From Alkalispirochaeta sp. (lineage in GTDB: Bacteria; Spirochaetota; Spirochaetia; DSM-27196; Alkalispirochaetaceae), in assembly GCA_965601925.1 (NCBI GenBank), contig OZ271854.1, positions 1,856,001 through 1,920,000 of the forward strand: a stretch of 64,000 bases of DNA, given 5' to 3'. Positions within the stretch are counted from its first letter, which is position 1, and every line of letters begins with the position of its first letter. The notes under the pieces are model-generated. The model ran no database searches and was not told the DNA's origin. It saw only the letters and a list, made by a program, of their open reading frames with translations. This document shows, piece by piece, positions 20,438 to 31,068 of this stretch. The position numbers and the translations under genes were made by a program.

Positions 20438-21466
20438 TCAATAGACGGTCTTCCACTCGTCGATGTTATCCGGGTCGAACCGGAACGGTGCGCCGAGGAG
20501 GATCTCGGTGCCGCCGTCGCCCGCCTCTACCGTTCTGAAGGCGCCCAAGCGGCCGGCGGAGAACAGTTCGTCCACCTCACCGGTGATCTCCCCGTTCACC
20601 AACGCCGTGGCGGTGTACGCGGATAGGTACCCCACGTCGATCGGGTTCCACAGGAACATGTAGGGTGATGCGCCGTTCTCGATATACTCCGCCATTTCCG
20701 ACGGAAGTCCGAGACCCGTTACAAACACCTCGCCGATGAGCCCTCGGTCGGTAACGACCCGCCCTGCTGCGGCGATACCGACGGTCGTCGGGGCGATAAT
20801 CACCTCGAGATCGGGAAAGCTCTGCAGGAGCCCCTCGGTCTCGCTCACCGACTTGTCGCGGAGATCGTCTCCGTAGGCGATACGTACGAGATTGAGGTCG
20901 GCGTACCGATCGGGATTCTCCGCGAGTTCGGTCTGCATCCACTCGATCCACAGATTCTGGTTCGACGCTTGGCTGGTCGCCGAAAGAATCGCAATATCCC
21001 CGGCGCCGTCGGCCATCTCGTAGGCCGCCTGAATCAGGGTTCGCCCGATCATCTCCGAGTCAGCCTGGTTGACGTGAGTCATCCTGCTGTCGGGATTCAC
21101 CGCCGAGTCCGCCGAGATGACCACGATTCCGGCGTCCATCGCCCGATTCAGTACCGGCTCCAATGCGTCGAAGTCGTTGCCGGTGATGCTGATCGAGGTG
21201 ACGCGCTGGGCGATGAGTTGCTCGATGATCTGAATTTGCGCCTCCGCGGTGGGCTGGTCCGGGGCGCGGAGGATCGCTTCGAACCCCTGCTCTTCGATAC
21301 CCTCCCGGAAACCCTCCATCTGCTTTTCACCGTACGGATTGCCGGTGTTTTTGAAGATGAAGGCGTGGCGCGGCGTGCCGTCCTCTTGCGAACCGCCGGC
21401 GAAGACGACGCCCGTCGAGACGACTACCAGAACGATCATGAGCGCGAACAGAGAAATTCTTCTCAT
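20438..21466 (-). CDS. rhaS: Rhamnose ABC transporter substrate-binding protein
   Basis: KNTGNPY, YGDDLRDKS, APTTVGI, GLGLPSEM, LWNPIDVGY; signal peptide. Confidence 0.88.
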   Translation of the reverse strand: MRRISLFALMIVLVVVSTGVVFAGGSQEDGTPRHAFIFKNTGNPYGEKQMEGFREGIEEQGFEAILRAPDQPTAEAQIQIIEQLIAQRVTSISITGNDFDALEPVLNRAMDAGIVVISADSAVNPDSRMTHVNQADSEMIGRTLIQAAYEMADGAGDIAILSATSQASNQNLWIEWMQTELAENPDRYADLNLVRIAYGDDLRDKSVSETEGLLQSFPDLEVIIAPTTVGIAAAGRVVTDRGLIGEVFVTGLGLPSEMAEYIENGASPYMFLWNPIDVGYLSAYTATALVNGEITGEVDELFSAGRLGAFRTVEAGDGGTEILLGAPFRFDPDNIDEWKTVY

Positions 21467-21523
21467 GACTACCCTCCTTACTGTTTTTCCGGACCTTCGG
21501 TAGCAACGCTACACGGCCCTTTT

Positions 21524-22531
21524 TTACCCGTTTTTTCTCACCCCTTTGCTCTCTCCGCGGAACTTCATCGCCAGCACCGACGTGATGAGGAGCAAGCCGA
21601 TCACTACGAGCACGATCGGGGCCTGGAGATTCGCAAGGCCCATGCCGTAGCCGAGGTATCCGATAATCAGAATCGCCAAGAGTGGACCTGCGATCTTTCC
21701 GACCCCGCCGTTGGTGCTCACCCCACCCAGGGCGACCATGGTGATCACCTCCAGCTCGTAGCCCATCGCTACGTTGGGGCGGGTGCTTCCCATTCGGGAG
21801 GTGAGAAAGAGCGCCGTAACCCCCGCCATAAGGCCCGCAAGGGAGAAGACGACGACCGTTACGCGGTCGGTGTGCACCCCCGAGTATCGACACACCGTCT
21901 CGTTGTGCCCCATACCGTATACGGCCCGACCGAAGCTCGTCTTGTGAAGGAGCAAGCCGAATATGATCGCCGCAACGATAAATGTCACGACGATGAAGGG
22001 AACGCCGGCAACCGTTCCCCACCCGAGGAAGGAAAACCACTCGGGGAGTCCTCCGGCTGCGCGGTCGCCGAGGATGATGAAGGCGATACCTCGGTAGATG
22101 ATCATCGTAGAAAGGGTGACGATGACGAAGGAAAGCTCCTTGAAGGCGACCATCAACAGGCCGTTGATCGCTCCGCAGGTGGTTCCGATCACGAGGCACA
22201 ATAGGAGTGCCCACCCCATAGGGAGGCCGGCGTTGTAGGCCACCGCCATTACCACCGCCGAGAGCGCCACCGTCGAGCCTACCGAGATGTCGATCTTGCC
22301 GAGTATGATCACCAGTACCATCGGAAGCACGAGGAAGCCCTTATCCAGGAAGGTGGACGGCGTGGTGATGAAGGTGTGAACGGAGAGAAAAAAGGGCGAA
22401 ATGATCGAGTTGACCGCAATGACCGCCAGGAGGATCGCCACGAGGAGCCACTCCCACTGAAGGAAAAACTCCCGTCCCAGGCGTTCTTTGTGGATTCCGA
22501 TGCCGATCTCCGATCCATTCCGATTCATCAT
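21524..22531 (-). CDS. rhaQ: Sugar (rhamnose) ABC transporter permease
   Basis: IDISVGS, GYELEVITMVALGGVSTNGG; start could be 22537. Confidence 0.85.
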   Translation of the reverse strand: MMNRNGSEIGIGIHKERLGREFFLQWEWLLVAILLAVIAVNSIISPFFLSVHTFITTPSTFLDKGFLVLPMVLVIILGKIDISVGSTVALSAVVMAVAYNAGLPMGWALLLCLVIGTTCGAINGLLMVAFKELSFVIVTLSTMIIYRGIAFIILGDRAAGGLPEWFSFLGWGTVAGVPFIVVTFIVAAIIFGLLLHKTSFGRAVYGMGHNETVCRYSGVHTDRVTVVVFSLAGLMAGVTALFLTSRMGSTRPNVAMGYELEVITMVALGGVSTNGGVGKIAGPLLAILIIGYLGYGMGLANLQAPIVLVVIGLLLITSVLAMKFRGESKGVRKNG

Positions 22532-22564
22532 GCCCACCGTCCTTTTCCCGTTGTGTAATCCACG

Positions 22565-23554
22565 TTATATCCCCCGGCGGAGAAGGGCTCGACGCTCCGT
22601 TGCACGCTGTACCCATACGTTGGTGACGACCGCCGTCAGTACGGTCACTCCCTGGATTCCCATCTGCCAGAAAGGCGATACATTTATAAGGGGGAGGGCG
22701 TTATTCAGAATGCCCAGAAGAACCGTCCCCAGAATGAGGCCCGAGAGCTTTCCCACACCCCCCGATATGCTTACCCCGCCCAAGATGCACGCCGCGATCA
22801 CCTGAAGCTCGAAGCCGATCGCCGTGTTGCCCTGCGCCGAGGCGAACCTGGCGACCCACAGCACCCCGGCGAGTCCGGCGAGCCCGCCCATGAGGGTGTA
22901 TACCAGGAGGGTGAGACTTCGACGCGGAATGCCGGAAATCGAGGCCGCTTGCGGGCTTGAGCCGATCGCGTAAATTCTCCGCCCGGTGCGTGTGTGGTTG
23001 AGGAAGTAGAACGCCGAAGCGTAGACGACCGCGGCGATAACGACGAGGTTGTTGACTCCGATGAGACGTCCCGTGGCGATCGCCTTGAACTCATCGGACA
23101 TCTGATAGGAGCTGACCCATTGGCCGCCGGAGACGACATAGGTGAAGCCCCGCACCACATTCATCATTCCCAGAGTCGCGATAATGGGCAGTATGTCGAA
23201 GCGCGCCACGAGGAGGCCGATGACGGCACCGACCACCGCGCCGATGGCCGTCCCCTGCATCAATGCGACGATGGGGTGCATAGTGGGAAAGCGCACCACC
23301 GTGAGCGCCGTCACCATGCCGGAGAAGGCGATCGTCGCCCCGATAGACAGGTCTATGCCGCGGGTAATGAGGACCATCATCATACCGACCGCGAGAATTG
23401 CGAGGATCGACGTGTTGGTAAGCAGTGCCGAGATGTTGGTCGCCGTCAAGAATGCCGGATTGCGCGCCTGAATCGCCGCGGCGAGGACGACGATGAACAG
23501 TGCCAGCCCCAGATCCCGAAGGCGGCCGTTTGTGAAGGATCGTCGCGCACTCAT
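22565..23554 (-). CDS. rhaP: Sugar (rhamnose) ABC transporter permease
   Basis: GIDLSIG, GFELQVIAACILGGVSISGG. Confidence 0.85.
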   Translation of the reverse strand: MSARRSFTNGRLRDLGLALFIVVLAAAIQARNPAFLTATNISALLTNTSILAILAVGMMMVLITRGIDLSIGATIAFSGMVTALTVVRFPTMHPIVALMQGTAIGAVVGAVIGLLVARFDILPIIATLGMMNVVRGFTYVVSGGQWVSSYQMSDEFKAIATGRLIGVNNLVVIAAVVYASAFYFLNHTRTGRRIYAIGSSPQAASISGIPRRSLTLLVYTLMGGLAGLAGVLWVARFASAQGNTAIGFELQVIAACILGGVSISGGVGKLSGLILGTVLLGILNNALPLINVSPFWQMGIQGVTVLTAVVTNVWVQRATERRALLRRGI

Positions 23555-25128
23555 GGACGAGTCTCCGCGTGTGTCCCGACCGCGGCGTCCGCCATCGCCG
23601 CCTCGAGAATGAGCTCCTGCGTCGCCGCAGTCGTATCGAGCATTTGGGTGACGCGGCCGCCTCGCATGACGACGATGCGGTCGCTGAGACTCAGCACCTC
23701 AGGCATCTCCGAGGAGACCAGGATGATCCCGTAGCCGCGTTCGGCCAAGTCGCCGATGATCTCGTAGATCGCCGCCTTCGCCGCGACGTCGACTCCTTTT
23801 GTGGGCTCGTCGAGGATGATCACTTTCAGGGGGCGTCCCAGGATCTTCGCGACGACTACTTTTTGTTGATTGCCCCCCGACAGTGCGCCGACGCGTGTGA
23901 AGATGGTGCGCGCCTTGACGCGAAGCCGCGCGGCCAGTTCTCCCGCCGTCTTTTGCGCGCCCTTCTCGTCGACCCACATAAAGCGGGCGATCTCCCGTAG
24001 CGCGGGCAGGGTGATGTTCTTTTCGATATCCCACTCCAGCACGAGTCCTTGGAGCTGCCGGTCTTCCGGTAACAGACCGATGCCGGCATCCAGTGCGTCG
24101 ATCGGGCGACGAACGGCGACCTCCCGTCCGGCGACGAGTATTCGTCCGCCGTCGGCGGGATGAACGCCGAAGATCGACTCACACACCTCCGTTCTACCGG
24201 CGCCGACCAGGCCCGTGAGTGCGACGATCTCTCCCCGTCGAACGGAGAGCGAAACGTCGCGGAAGTATCCGGTACGAGAGAGATGCTCGACCTTGAGTAC
24301 CTCCTCGCCTATGTGAACCTCCCGTTTGGGAAACATCTCCGAGATTTCGCGCCCTACCATCGCCATAATCAGCGTATCCTTGGACAGTCCGTCGGCGGCC
24401 CACGTATCGATGTATTGTCCGTCGCGAAAGACCGTCACACGGTCGGCGAGGCGGTCGATGTCCTCCATACGGTGGGAGATGAATATGACGGAGACCCCTC
24501 GACGGGCGAGGGCGACGGTAATGCGATAGAGTTCTTCGCTCTCGTGCTTGGTGAGCGCCGCGGTCGGTTCATCCATAATGACGATCTTGGCGCGCATGGA
24601 CAGCGCCTTGGCGATCTCCACGATCTGTTGTCGGGCGACCGAAAGATCACCCATCCGTTCCGACGAGGATATCTCCGAGGTAAGTTGATCGAGGAGCTCC
24701 TGCGCCTCTCGATGCATCGTCCTCCAGTCTATGCGGCGGCTTACACCGGTGGTGCGCTCGTGACCGACGAAGATGTTCTCCGCCACCGAGAGGTCGGGAT
24801 AACACGTAACGTGTTGATAAATCGCGGCAACTCCCAGGCGCTGCGCCTCCCTGGGATTATGGAAGGTTACCTCTTGCCCCTCTATGAGGATCCTCCCCGT
24901 GTCCGGGGCGTGGACTCCGGTAATGACTTTGATAAACGTCGACTTACCGGCGCCGTTTTCGCCCATGAGACCGTGGATCTCCCCGGGGCGCAGATTGAAG
25001 TGGACGTTTGAGAGGGCCTTGACCCCGGGAAACGATTTGGAAATGTGGTCAAGCTCAAGGATATACTCTCTCACCGATTCCGCTCCTGCCGTTCCGTTTC
25101 TCCACCGACTCGTTCTCTCACCGTTCAA
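23551..25128 (-). CDS. Sugar ABC transporter ATP-binding protein (CUT2, two ABC domains)
   Basis: GENGAGKST, MDEPTAAL, PEDR, LSGGNQQK, LDEPTKGVD. Confidence 0.95.
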   Translation of the reverse strand: MNGERTSRWRNGTAGAESVREYILELDHISKSFPGVKALSNVHFNLRPGEIHGLMGENGAGKSTFIKVITGVHAPDTGRILIEGQEVTFHNPREAQRLGVAAIYQHVTCYPDLSVAENIFVGHERTTGVSRRIDWRTMHREAQELLDQLTSEISSSERMGDLSVARQQIVEIAKALSMRAKIVIMDEPTAALTKHESEELYRITVALARRGVSVIFISHRMEDIDRLADRVTVFRDGQYIDTWAADGLSKDTLIMAMVGREISEMFPKREVHIGEEVLKVEHLSRTGYFRDVSLSVRRGEIVALTGLVGAGRTEVCESIFGVHPADGGRILVAGREVAVRRPIDALDAGIGLLPEDRQLQGLVLEWDIEKNITLPALREIARFMWVDEKGAQKTAGELAARLRVKARTIFTRVGALSGGNQQKVVVAKILGRPLKVIILDEPTKGVDVAAKAAIYEIIGDLAERGYGIILVSSEMPEVLSLSDRIVVMRGGRVTQMLDTTAATQELILEAAMADAAVGTHAETRP

Positions 25129-25439
25129 TCCATATAGAACATCTCACGGAGTTCGTGTACCACCGGTGAGTCGTCATCGTTCGTCTCCATGATGTCCGCC
25201 ATGTATCGCCACCACCGCCGCACGATCTCCTTTTCCGCGAGCGAGCCGGCGTTATTGTGTTCGGTGAGCTTCCAGCTCGCGTAAAGCGTATCGGTACGCG
25301 AGTCGAGATAAATCACGTAGTCCCGCACACCCGCCGATTCCAGTTGCATCACGAGTTCCGGCCAAATCTCATCGTGGCGCCGCTTGTATTCCTGTACGTT
25401 GCCGGGCGTAAGCTGCATGGCGAATCCTGCGCGTTTCAC
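25125..25439 (-). CDS. rhaM: L-rhamnose mutarotase
   Basis: EYKRRHDEIWPE, WWRYMADIM. Confidence 0.95.
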   Translation of the reverse strand: MKRAGFAMQLTPGNVQEYKRRHDEIWPELVMQLESAGVRDYVIYLDSRTDTLYASWKLTEHNNAGSLAEKEIVRRWWRYMADIMETNDDDSPVVHELREMFYMD

Positions 25440-26887
25440 GACGTCTCACCTCCCATACGGCATACCGTCTCTACCTTTATGCCCGTCAGCCGTCCGAACT
25501 TCTCGATTCTCGACGCGACGTGACCGACGCCGATTGCGCAGTGGTGGGACGGGCCGAATCGCGACCACCGTTCGACGAAATCGCGTGCGGAGACGGGAAA
25601 ACGGTAGCGACTGTTGGTATTGCCGATGTGAAGGACCGCTCCGGCGACGCTCTCGCCCTCGGCGACCAGTAGATACACGCCCGTTGCGTCTTCGCACACC
25701 GACAGGAGCGTCACCGGACCGCGACGCACCGTCATCTGAATCGAGAGTCCCTTACCGGGTTTACCGTGATAGACCGGAAGTGGAACGAGTCCCACACGCC
25801 CCTCTGCGATTGCGAAGTGAGCGGGGCCGTCATGGCCGAGCAACACCACATCGTCATCGAAGTCCATCGCGTAGAACTCGGAGAATGAGCCGCCGGCACC
25901 GAAACTGTCCATGATCTTCATCGCCTGGGCGTTTTTGATCTCGCACTCCCCGGCCACCGGAACACCGTTCCCGGTGAGGAGCGTGTTTCCGGCGATGATT
26001 GAGGTGACGATGTCCTCGTGGAGCGAACCCGGCGTCCCCTCGTAATAGTACGCGAGCGATCCGAGGCGATGCTTGGCCGCCAGCGTATCGAGGGCTACGG
26101 AGGTGCGAGCGGCCCGTTCCAACTCGTCCGACGCACATTCCGGTGACACGTCGAAGGCCTCCCGGAACTCGGCGATTTTCTCACCGACCTCGTCATCCCC
26201 CACGTCGGAGCGGATCTGGGCCAACTCATCCATTTCGATGAGATCTGCGTGTCCGCCGAAGTGCGCTACCTGCTTGGTGATGTCGGTGTACACATCGAGC
26301 ATTCCGGCGTAGTAGTGGCCCATAATGCCCAGACGGTTCCCTCTCATGGTGTGTACGACCTTCGCCGCCTCTATCCACTCCCGGATCGCCGTGTTCGTGT
26401 AGCCCTCCCCGAGGTAGCCGGTGACGAGGTGGTAGTCGATCCCGGCGCGCCGAAACACGCTCGCTATTTCCGGCACGCAACACGCCTGGCAGTGCGCCAG
26501 CCACTCCCCGGTCATCGTGCCGCGGTCACCCATGGCATTGAACGCCTCGTAGTCGATCGATGAGGTGGGCTGAATGTTGAGGACCACGATCGGAACCTTT
26601 ACTTCTTGGGCCACGACAAGAACGGTCGAGGAGAGCGCATAGGTGGAGATATACAAAAATATGATCTCGACTTGCTGTTGACGAAATAGGGAGATGACGG
26701 ATCTGGAACGTTCCGGGCTGTCCACCAACCCTGCATCCACCACCTCCACACCGTCCATTGCAGTCATTATCGTGACAATTTGGTCCTGATATCCCTCGAG
26801 ACGCACTCGCAGGCCCGGAAACTGGGGCCAATACGTATCGAGACCGATCCCGAATATCCCGACTTTTAGCGCTTCTCCCGCGTGCAT
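25436..26887 (-). CDS. L-fucose/L-arabinose isomerase family protein
   Basis: GMLD, VAGECE, GSFSEF, GHDGP, IGNTN, GPSHHCA. Confidence 0.85.
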   Translation of the reverse strand: MHAGEALKVGIFGIGLDTYWPQFPGLRVRLEGYQDQIVTIMTAMDGVEVVDAGLVDSPERSRSVISLFRQQQVEIIFLYISTYALSSTVLVVAQEVKVPIVVLNIQPTSSIDYEAFNAMGDRGTMTGEWLAHCQACCVPEIASVFRRAGIDYHLVTGYLGEGYTNTAIREWIEAAKVVHTMRGNRLGIMGHYYAGMLDVYTDITKQVAHFGGHADLIEMDELAQIRSDVGDDEVGEKIAEFREAFDVSPECASDELERAARTSVALDTLAAKHRLGSLAYYYEGTPGSLHEDIVTSIIAGNTLLTGNGVPVAGECEIKNAQAMKIMDSFGAGGSFSEFYAMDFDDDVVLLGHDGPAHFAIAEGRVGLVPLPVYHGKPGKGLSIQMTVRRGPVTLLSVCEDATGVYLLVAEGESVAGAVLHIGNTNSRYRFPVSARDFVERWSRFGPSHHCAIGVGHVASRIEKFGRLTGIKVETVCRMGGETS

Positions 26888-26957
26888 ATATCCACGCTAA
26901 CCCGGGTTTGCCCTGCGGCAAATGGACAAAATCACGGTAGTGATATACTTTTTTTGT

Positions 26958-27863
26958 GTGGCGTACCACGACACGAGGTTTTCCCGGTATCTTCCGGTCA
27001 ACTCGGAGGCGTTGCGGTGGGAGATCTACTGTAACGACGCGGGGTACGCCCACGTCCCTCCCGGCGTGGATTACCCCCTTGTTCCCGAGGATCACCCCCG
27101 CGAGTATGCCGAAACCGTCGTAACCGGGCGCGTTCTTAACGAGTTTCAGGTCGTGTACATCACCGCCGGCGGCGGATCGTTTGAAGCCGAAGGCGTCGGG
27201 CGTCGGAGGGTTTCCGCGGGGGATATGTTTATGCTCTTTCCCGGGGTACGGCACGCCTACCGGCCCTTTCGGGAGACCGGTTGGTACGAGTACTGGGTCG
27301 GGTTCGCGGGAGAGCACGCTCACAGGTTACGGCGCCACGGTCTGTTCAGCCCCGTTAACGCAATCCATACCGTCGGAATCAACCGGGAGATCATCGCCGA
27401 TTACGAACAGATCGTACGCCTTTGCCGCCGGCAGACCCCGGGCTTTCAGGTGCTCCTGGGAGCCTTGGTACTCCAGCTTCTCGCTCACATCCACGCCATC
27501 GAATCGCAGTCCGGAACCGGCGCCGGAGACAGCGAGCTCGTCTCGAGCTCGCGAGCGGTGATGCAGCAGCACCTTGACGAGGGAATCGAGATCGAGGACA
27601 TCGCCGCGAGAATCGGAGTGAGCTATACGCGACTCTTGTCGATCTTTCGTAAGTATACCGGTCTCACGCCCTACCAGTACTTCTTGCAACTCAGGATACG
27701 GCGAGCCAAAGAGCTCCTCCAGATTCCGGGAGTCTCGATCAAAGAGGTTGCGGCTCGAATGAACTTTGAGAATCAGTACTACTTTTCGCGCCTCTTTCGT
27801 CGCAAGACCGGCGTGACTCCGTCGCAGTGGCGGGCCGGCCACACCGGTGGGGCCGGCGCGTAG
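26958..27863 (+). CDS. AraC family transcriptional regulator, divergent from the sugar operon
   Basis: Cupin-like N-terminal domain (FMLFPGVRHAY), C-terminal HTH ...FENQYYFSRLFRRKTGVTPSQWR; GTG start follows an extended -10 TGATATACT. Confidence 0.93.
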   Translation: MAYHDTRFSRYLPVNSEALRWEIYCNDAGYAHVPPGVDYPLVPEDHPREYAETVVTGRVLNEFQVVYITAGGGSFEAEGVGRRRVSAGDMFMLFPGVRHAYRPFRETGWYEYWVGFAGEHAHRLRRHGLFSPVNAIHTVGINREIIADYEQIVRLCRRQTPGFQVLLGALVLQLLAHIHAIESQSGTGAGDSELVSSSRAVMQQHLDEGIEIEDIAARIGVSYTRLLSIFRKYTGLTPYQYFLQLRIRRAKELLQIPGVSIKEVAARMNFENQYYFSRLFRRKTGVTPSQWRAGHTGGAGA

Positions 27864-28084
27864 TCTCGCACCGCCGCCGTACACCGGGCACGACGTCATC
27901 TTGATGGATATCCCGGATGACGAGTTTCGCGCTCTGCGGGGGCACGGCTGAAGCGCGTCGTTACTCGCGGTGTGGTCCGAAAGGGGCGCCGCGCGGTGCT
28001 CTCATAGCGGCGCGCCGTTACCATCCCACCCGCCGGCGCCGGCGTATTCTCCGCCGACACCGCGATTGCTTCGCGTTATGCGGA

Positions 28085-29878
28085 TTACGATTTCTGCTCG
28101 TCCCGCTCTACGATCGCAAGGCCGAGTTCCGCGAGCTGTTTGTCGTCAACCGGGCTCGGGCTGTCGTCCATCGGGGAGAGCCCGTTGGCCGTTTTGGGAA
28201 AGGCGATGACCTCCCGGATCGACTCCTCGCCGGCCATAAGCATCACCAAGCGAGCAAGGCCCGCGGCGATTCCACCGTGCGGCGGCGGCCCGTACCGAAA
28301 GGCCTCCAGGAGGAATCCGAAGCGGCGCTCGGCCTCCGCAGGATCAAATCCGAGGAGGGCGAAGATACGACTCTGGAGCGCCGGATCGTGGATACGAATG
28401 CTCCCCGAGGCCATCTCGTAGCCGTTGCAAACCAAGTCGTAGAGATCTCCTTTGACCGAACCGGGGTCGTCTTCAAACGTGTCGAGGTAGCGCTCCTGGG
28501 GCATGGTGAACATATGGTGCGTCGCCTCCCATCGCTCCTCGTCCTCGTTGTACTCGAAAAGCGGAAAGTCCACGACCCACGCGAAGTGAAACGTCCCCGC
28601 CTCAGCGAGCCGGAGATCTTTGCCGAGACGACTGCGCACGGCGCCGAGAGCCGTGACCGCGACTTTCCACGTATCGGCCACAAAGAGAAGGAGGTCACCC
28701 GTCGCGGCGCCGAGCGCCGTGGCGATCTCTTGTGCACGCGGTGCGAAAAACTTCCCGATCCCGCCGTCAAGGGTCACTCCGCCGTCTCCCTCCGCGACCC
28801 GCGTCCACGCAAGACCCTTGGCGCCGTAGGTCTTCGCAGTTTCCTCGAGCTCGCCGATCTGCTTGCGGCTGAAGTCCGCTTTCCCGGGAACGACTAACGC
28901 CTTGACCGCACCGCCGGAGGCGAGGACCCCTTCGAATACGCCGAAGCCGCTCCCGTCCACGAAGGGATCGAACGATTGCAACTCCACGTCGAAACGCAGG
29001 TCGGGCTTATCGGTGCCGTACCGATTCATCGCGTCGTCGTAGGGTATGCGCTCGAAGGTCGCGGGAAGTTCGACCCCGATCGTCGTGCGAAAGACGTGAC
29101 CCAGCATTCCCTCGATAACGGTGAAGACGTCTTCTTTGCCGACGAAACTCATCTCCATGTCGATCTGCGTGTGCTCGAGCTGCCTGTCTCCCCGAGCATC
29201 CTCGTCACGGAAGCAGTGAGCGAGCTGAAAGTAACGGTCGAAGCCCGACACCATGAGGATCTGCTTGTACAATTGGGGACTTTGCGGCATCGCGTAGAAG
29301 TTTCCGGGATGAAGCCGCGACGGAATCAGGAAGTCTCTGGCACCCTCCGGCGTACTCTTGATCATCGTCGGCGTCTCGACTTCCACGAAGTCCAGGGAGG
29401 TGAGATACTCACGCATCGCCTGCATCACCTTACCGCGGAGGAGTATCTTACGCTGCATGGCGAATGTTCTAAGGTCGAGGTAGCGGTACTTGAAGCGGAC
29501 GTCGTCCCGAGCGTCGGACCGTTCATCGATCATGAATGGAAGGGGTTCGCACGCACTCAGTATCTCGATGCGTCGGGCGGCGACCTCAATCTCGCCGGTC
29601 GCCATATCGCGGTTGACCATCGTCTCCGGTCGTCGTCGTACGATACCTTCGACGGCGATGCAATACTCCATCCGCAGGCGTGACGCGGTATCTCGAAGCT
29701 CTTCGGATGCGTCCTCGTCGACGACGATTTGTGTGATGCCGTAACGATCTCGGAGATTCAAAAAGGAGACGCCGCCGTGGTCGCGCGTCCGGTGGACCCA
29801 TCCGTTGAGGATAACGGTGCGCTCGGCGTGCTCCGTGGTGAGCTCGCCGCAAGTGTGGGTGCGCTTCATCTGTTCCAT
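28085..29878 (-). CDS. aspS: Aspartate--tRNA ligase
   Basis: RTHTCGEL, RDHGG, STPEGARDF, PQSPQLYKQ, YGTDKPDLR, PPHGG, EVIAFPK. Confidence 0.97.
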   Translation of the reverse strand: MEQMKRTHTCGELTTEHAERTVILNGWVHRTRDHGGVSFLNLRDRYGITQIVVDEDASEELRDTASRLRMEYCIAVEGIVRRRPETMVNRDMATGEIEVAARRIEILSACEPLPFMIDERSDARDDVRFKYRYLDLRTFAMQRKILLRGKVMQAMREYLTSLDFVEVETPTMIKSTPEGARDFLIPSRLHPGNFYAMPQSPQLYKQILMVSGFDRYFQLAHCFRDEDARGDRQLEHTQIDMEMSFVGKEDVFTVIEGMLGHVFRTTIGVELPATFERIPYDDAMNRYGTDKPDLRFDVELQSFDPFVDGSGFGVFEGVLASGGAVKALVVPGKADFSRKQIGELEETAKTYGAKGLAWTRVAEGDGGVTLDGGIGKFFAPRAQEIATALGAATGDLLLFVADTWKVAVTALGAVRSRLGKDLRLAEAGTFHFAWVVDFPLFEYNEDEERWEATHHMFTMPQERYLDTFEDDPGSVKGDLYDLVCNGYEMASGSIRIHDPALQSRIFALLGFDPAEAERRFGFLLEAFRYGPPPHGGIAAGLARLVMLMAGEESIREVIAFPKTANGLSPMDDSPSPVDDKQLAELGLAIVERDEQKS

Positions 29879-29924
29879 GGCGGCGACTGTACTACGCTCC
29901 GGCGCTTTAGTTCCACCGGTACTA

Positions 29925-30332
29925 TCAATCCCGCTCCGCGGCCTCTTCTTCCGACGAGTGCGCGGCGCGCCGTGCACCGGGTCTCCACAGCCACCGATCG
30001 AGATCGATGCGCCCGCCGGCGCTGACCGACACTCCCTCGTCGAGGAGCAGGGCGCGTTGCAGTTCGAATCCCCCGCCTCGGGGCAGGGCGATTTTGCCTT
30101 GGGAGTTGATGATCCGGTGCCAGGGAAGCGGGGATGAGCGATTCTCCTCAGCGTCGCTCCGGCCGGTCGTCGCGCCCTTTCGATTCCCCGGGCCCCTTCT
30201 GAGTACCCACACGACCGCTCGGGCGGCTCGCGGATTGCCGGCGAGCGCGGCTATCTGTCCGTAGGTAGCCACGCACCCACGGGGAACGGCTCGGATGAGG
30301 CGGGCAATGCGGTGGCTCAAAGACTCTTCCAC
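29925..30332 (-). CDS. Alkyltransferase-like (ATL/MGMT family) protein
   Basis: VATYGQIA, PWHRII (Trp replaces the catalytic Cys, as in ATL proteins), QRALLLDEGV. Confidence 0.9.
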   Translation of the reverse strand: MEESLSHRIARLIRAVPRGCVATYGQIAALAGNPRAARAVVWVLRRGPGNRKGATTGRSDAEENRSSPLPWHRIINSQGKIALPRGGGFELQRALLLDEGVSVSAGGRIDLDRWLWRPGARRAAHSSEEEAAERD

Positions 30333-30398
30333 GGTGTTATCCGCACAGTCGTGTGCGAACGCCGGTACACGCCGCTCGTTCCGACTCGGCGCCCATAT

Positions 30399-31013
30399 TC
30401 ATGTGAGTTGGGTGCTCGTGAGGATGACTGCCCCCGCGGCTTGCACCTCGTCGACGGCCCGCTCAAAGTCGCCGGCGGATAGATTGACCGCCCGCGTCGC
30501 GTCGGTGAGAACGGTCGTAGTGAACCCGAGGCTCAGAGCGTCCAGGGCCGTGAACTTCACGCAGTAGTCCGCCGCAAGACCGCACACTACGACGTGATCG
30601 ACACCGCGCTCCCTCAGAAACGCCTCCAGCCCGGTGGCGCTCCGGCGATCGTTATCGAAGAAGCCGGAGTAACTATCGATCCCCGCGTCCTCTCCCTTTC
30701 GTACCACGTGGTCGAACTCGGCAACGTCTATTCCCGAGGCAAAGGATGAGCCCGGGCAGTGCTGTATACAGTGGTCGGGCCACAGTATCTGCTCTACACC
30801 GTGCAGATTGACGACGTCTCCCGGGTTGTGTCCCACGTGACGGCTTGCGAAGCTTTCGTGATCGGCCGGATGCCAATCTTGAGTCGCGACGACAAGGCCG
30901 AAGGCGGGCATGATGCGATTTATCACCGGTACGACCGCATCGCCCTCCGGAACGGCGAGTGCTCCGCCGGGAAGGAAGTCGTTCTGTACATCCACGACAA
31001 TCAGCGCTTGCAT
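30399..31013 (-). CDS. pncA: Nicotinamidase/pyrazinamidase
   Basis: VDVQNDFLPGGAL, DWHP, WPDHC, DSYSGFFDN, GLAADYCV. Confidence 0.95.
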   Translation of the reverse strand: MQALIVVDVQNDFLPGGALAVPEGDAVVPVINRIMPAFGLVVATQDWHPADHESFASRHVGHNPGDVVNLHGVEQILWPDHCIQHCPGSSFASGIDVAEFDHVVRKGEDAGIDSYSGFFDNDRRSATGLEAFLRERGVDHVVVCGLAADYCVKFTALDALSLGFTTTVLTDATRAVNLSAGDFERAVDEVQAAGAVILTSTQLT

Positions 31014-31068
31014 GACGAGAAGGTACTACCGAATCGTCGCGACGTCTCCCCAGTACTCTATTAGTTGA

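Noticed and set aside
26560..26880. Lower-GC patch at the 5' end of the isomerase gene
   Set aside because: The frame is intact and no boundary features are visible; it cannot be told apart from normal 5' codon bias without computation
27864..28084. GC-rich spacer between araC and aspS with a 9-bp inverted repeat
   Set aside because: Short stems are expected at this GC content between convergent genes; not enough for an ncRNA call
30055..30090. GTTCGAATCCCCC resembling a tRNA T-loop or att site
   Set aside because: No pairing T-stem or cloverleaf; it lies inside the ATL gene
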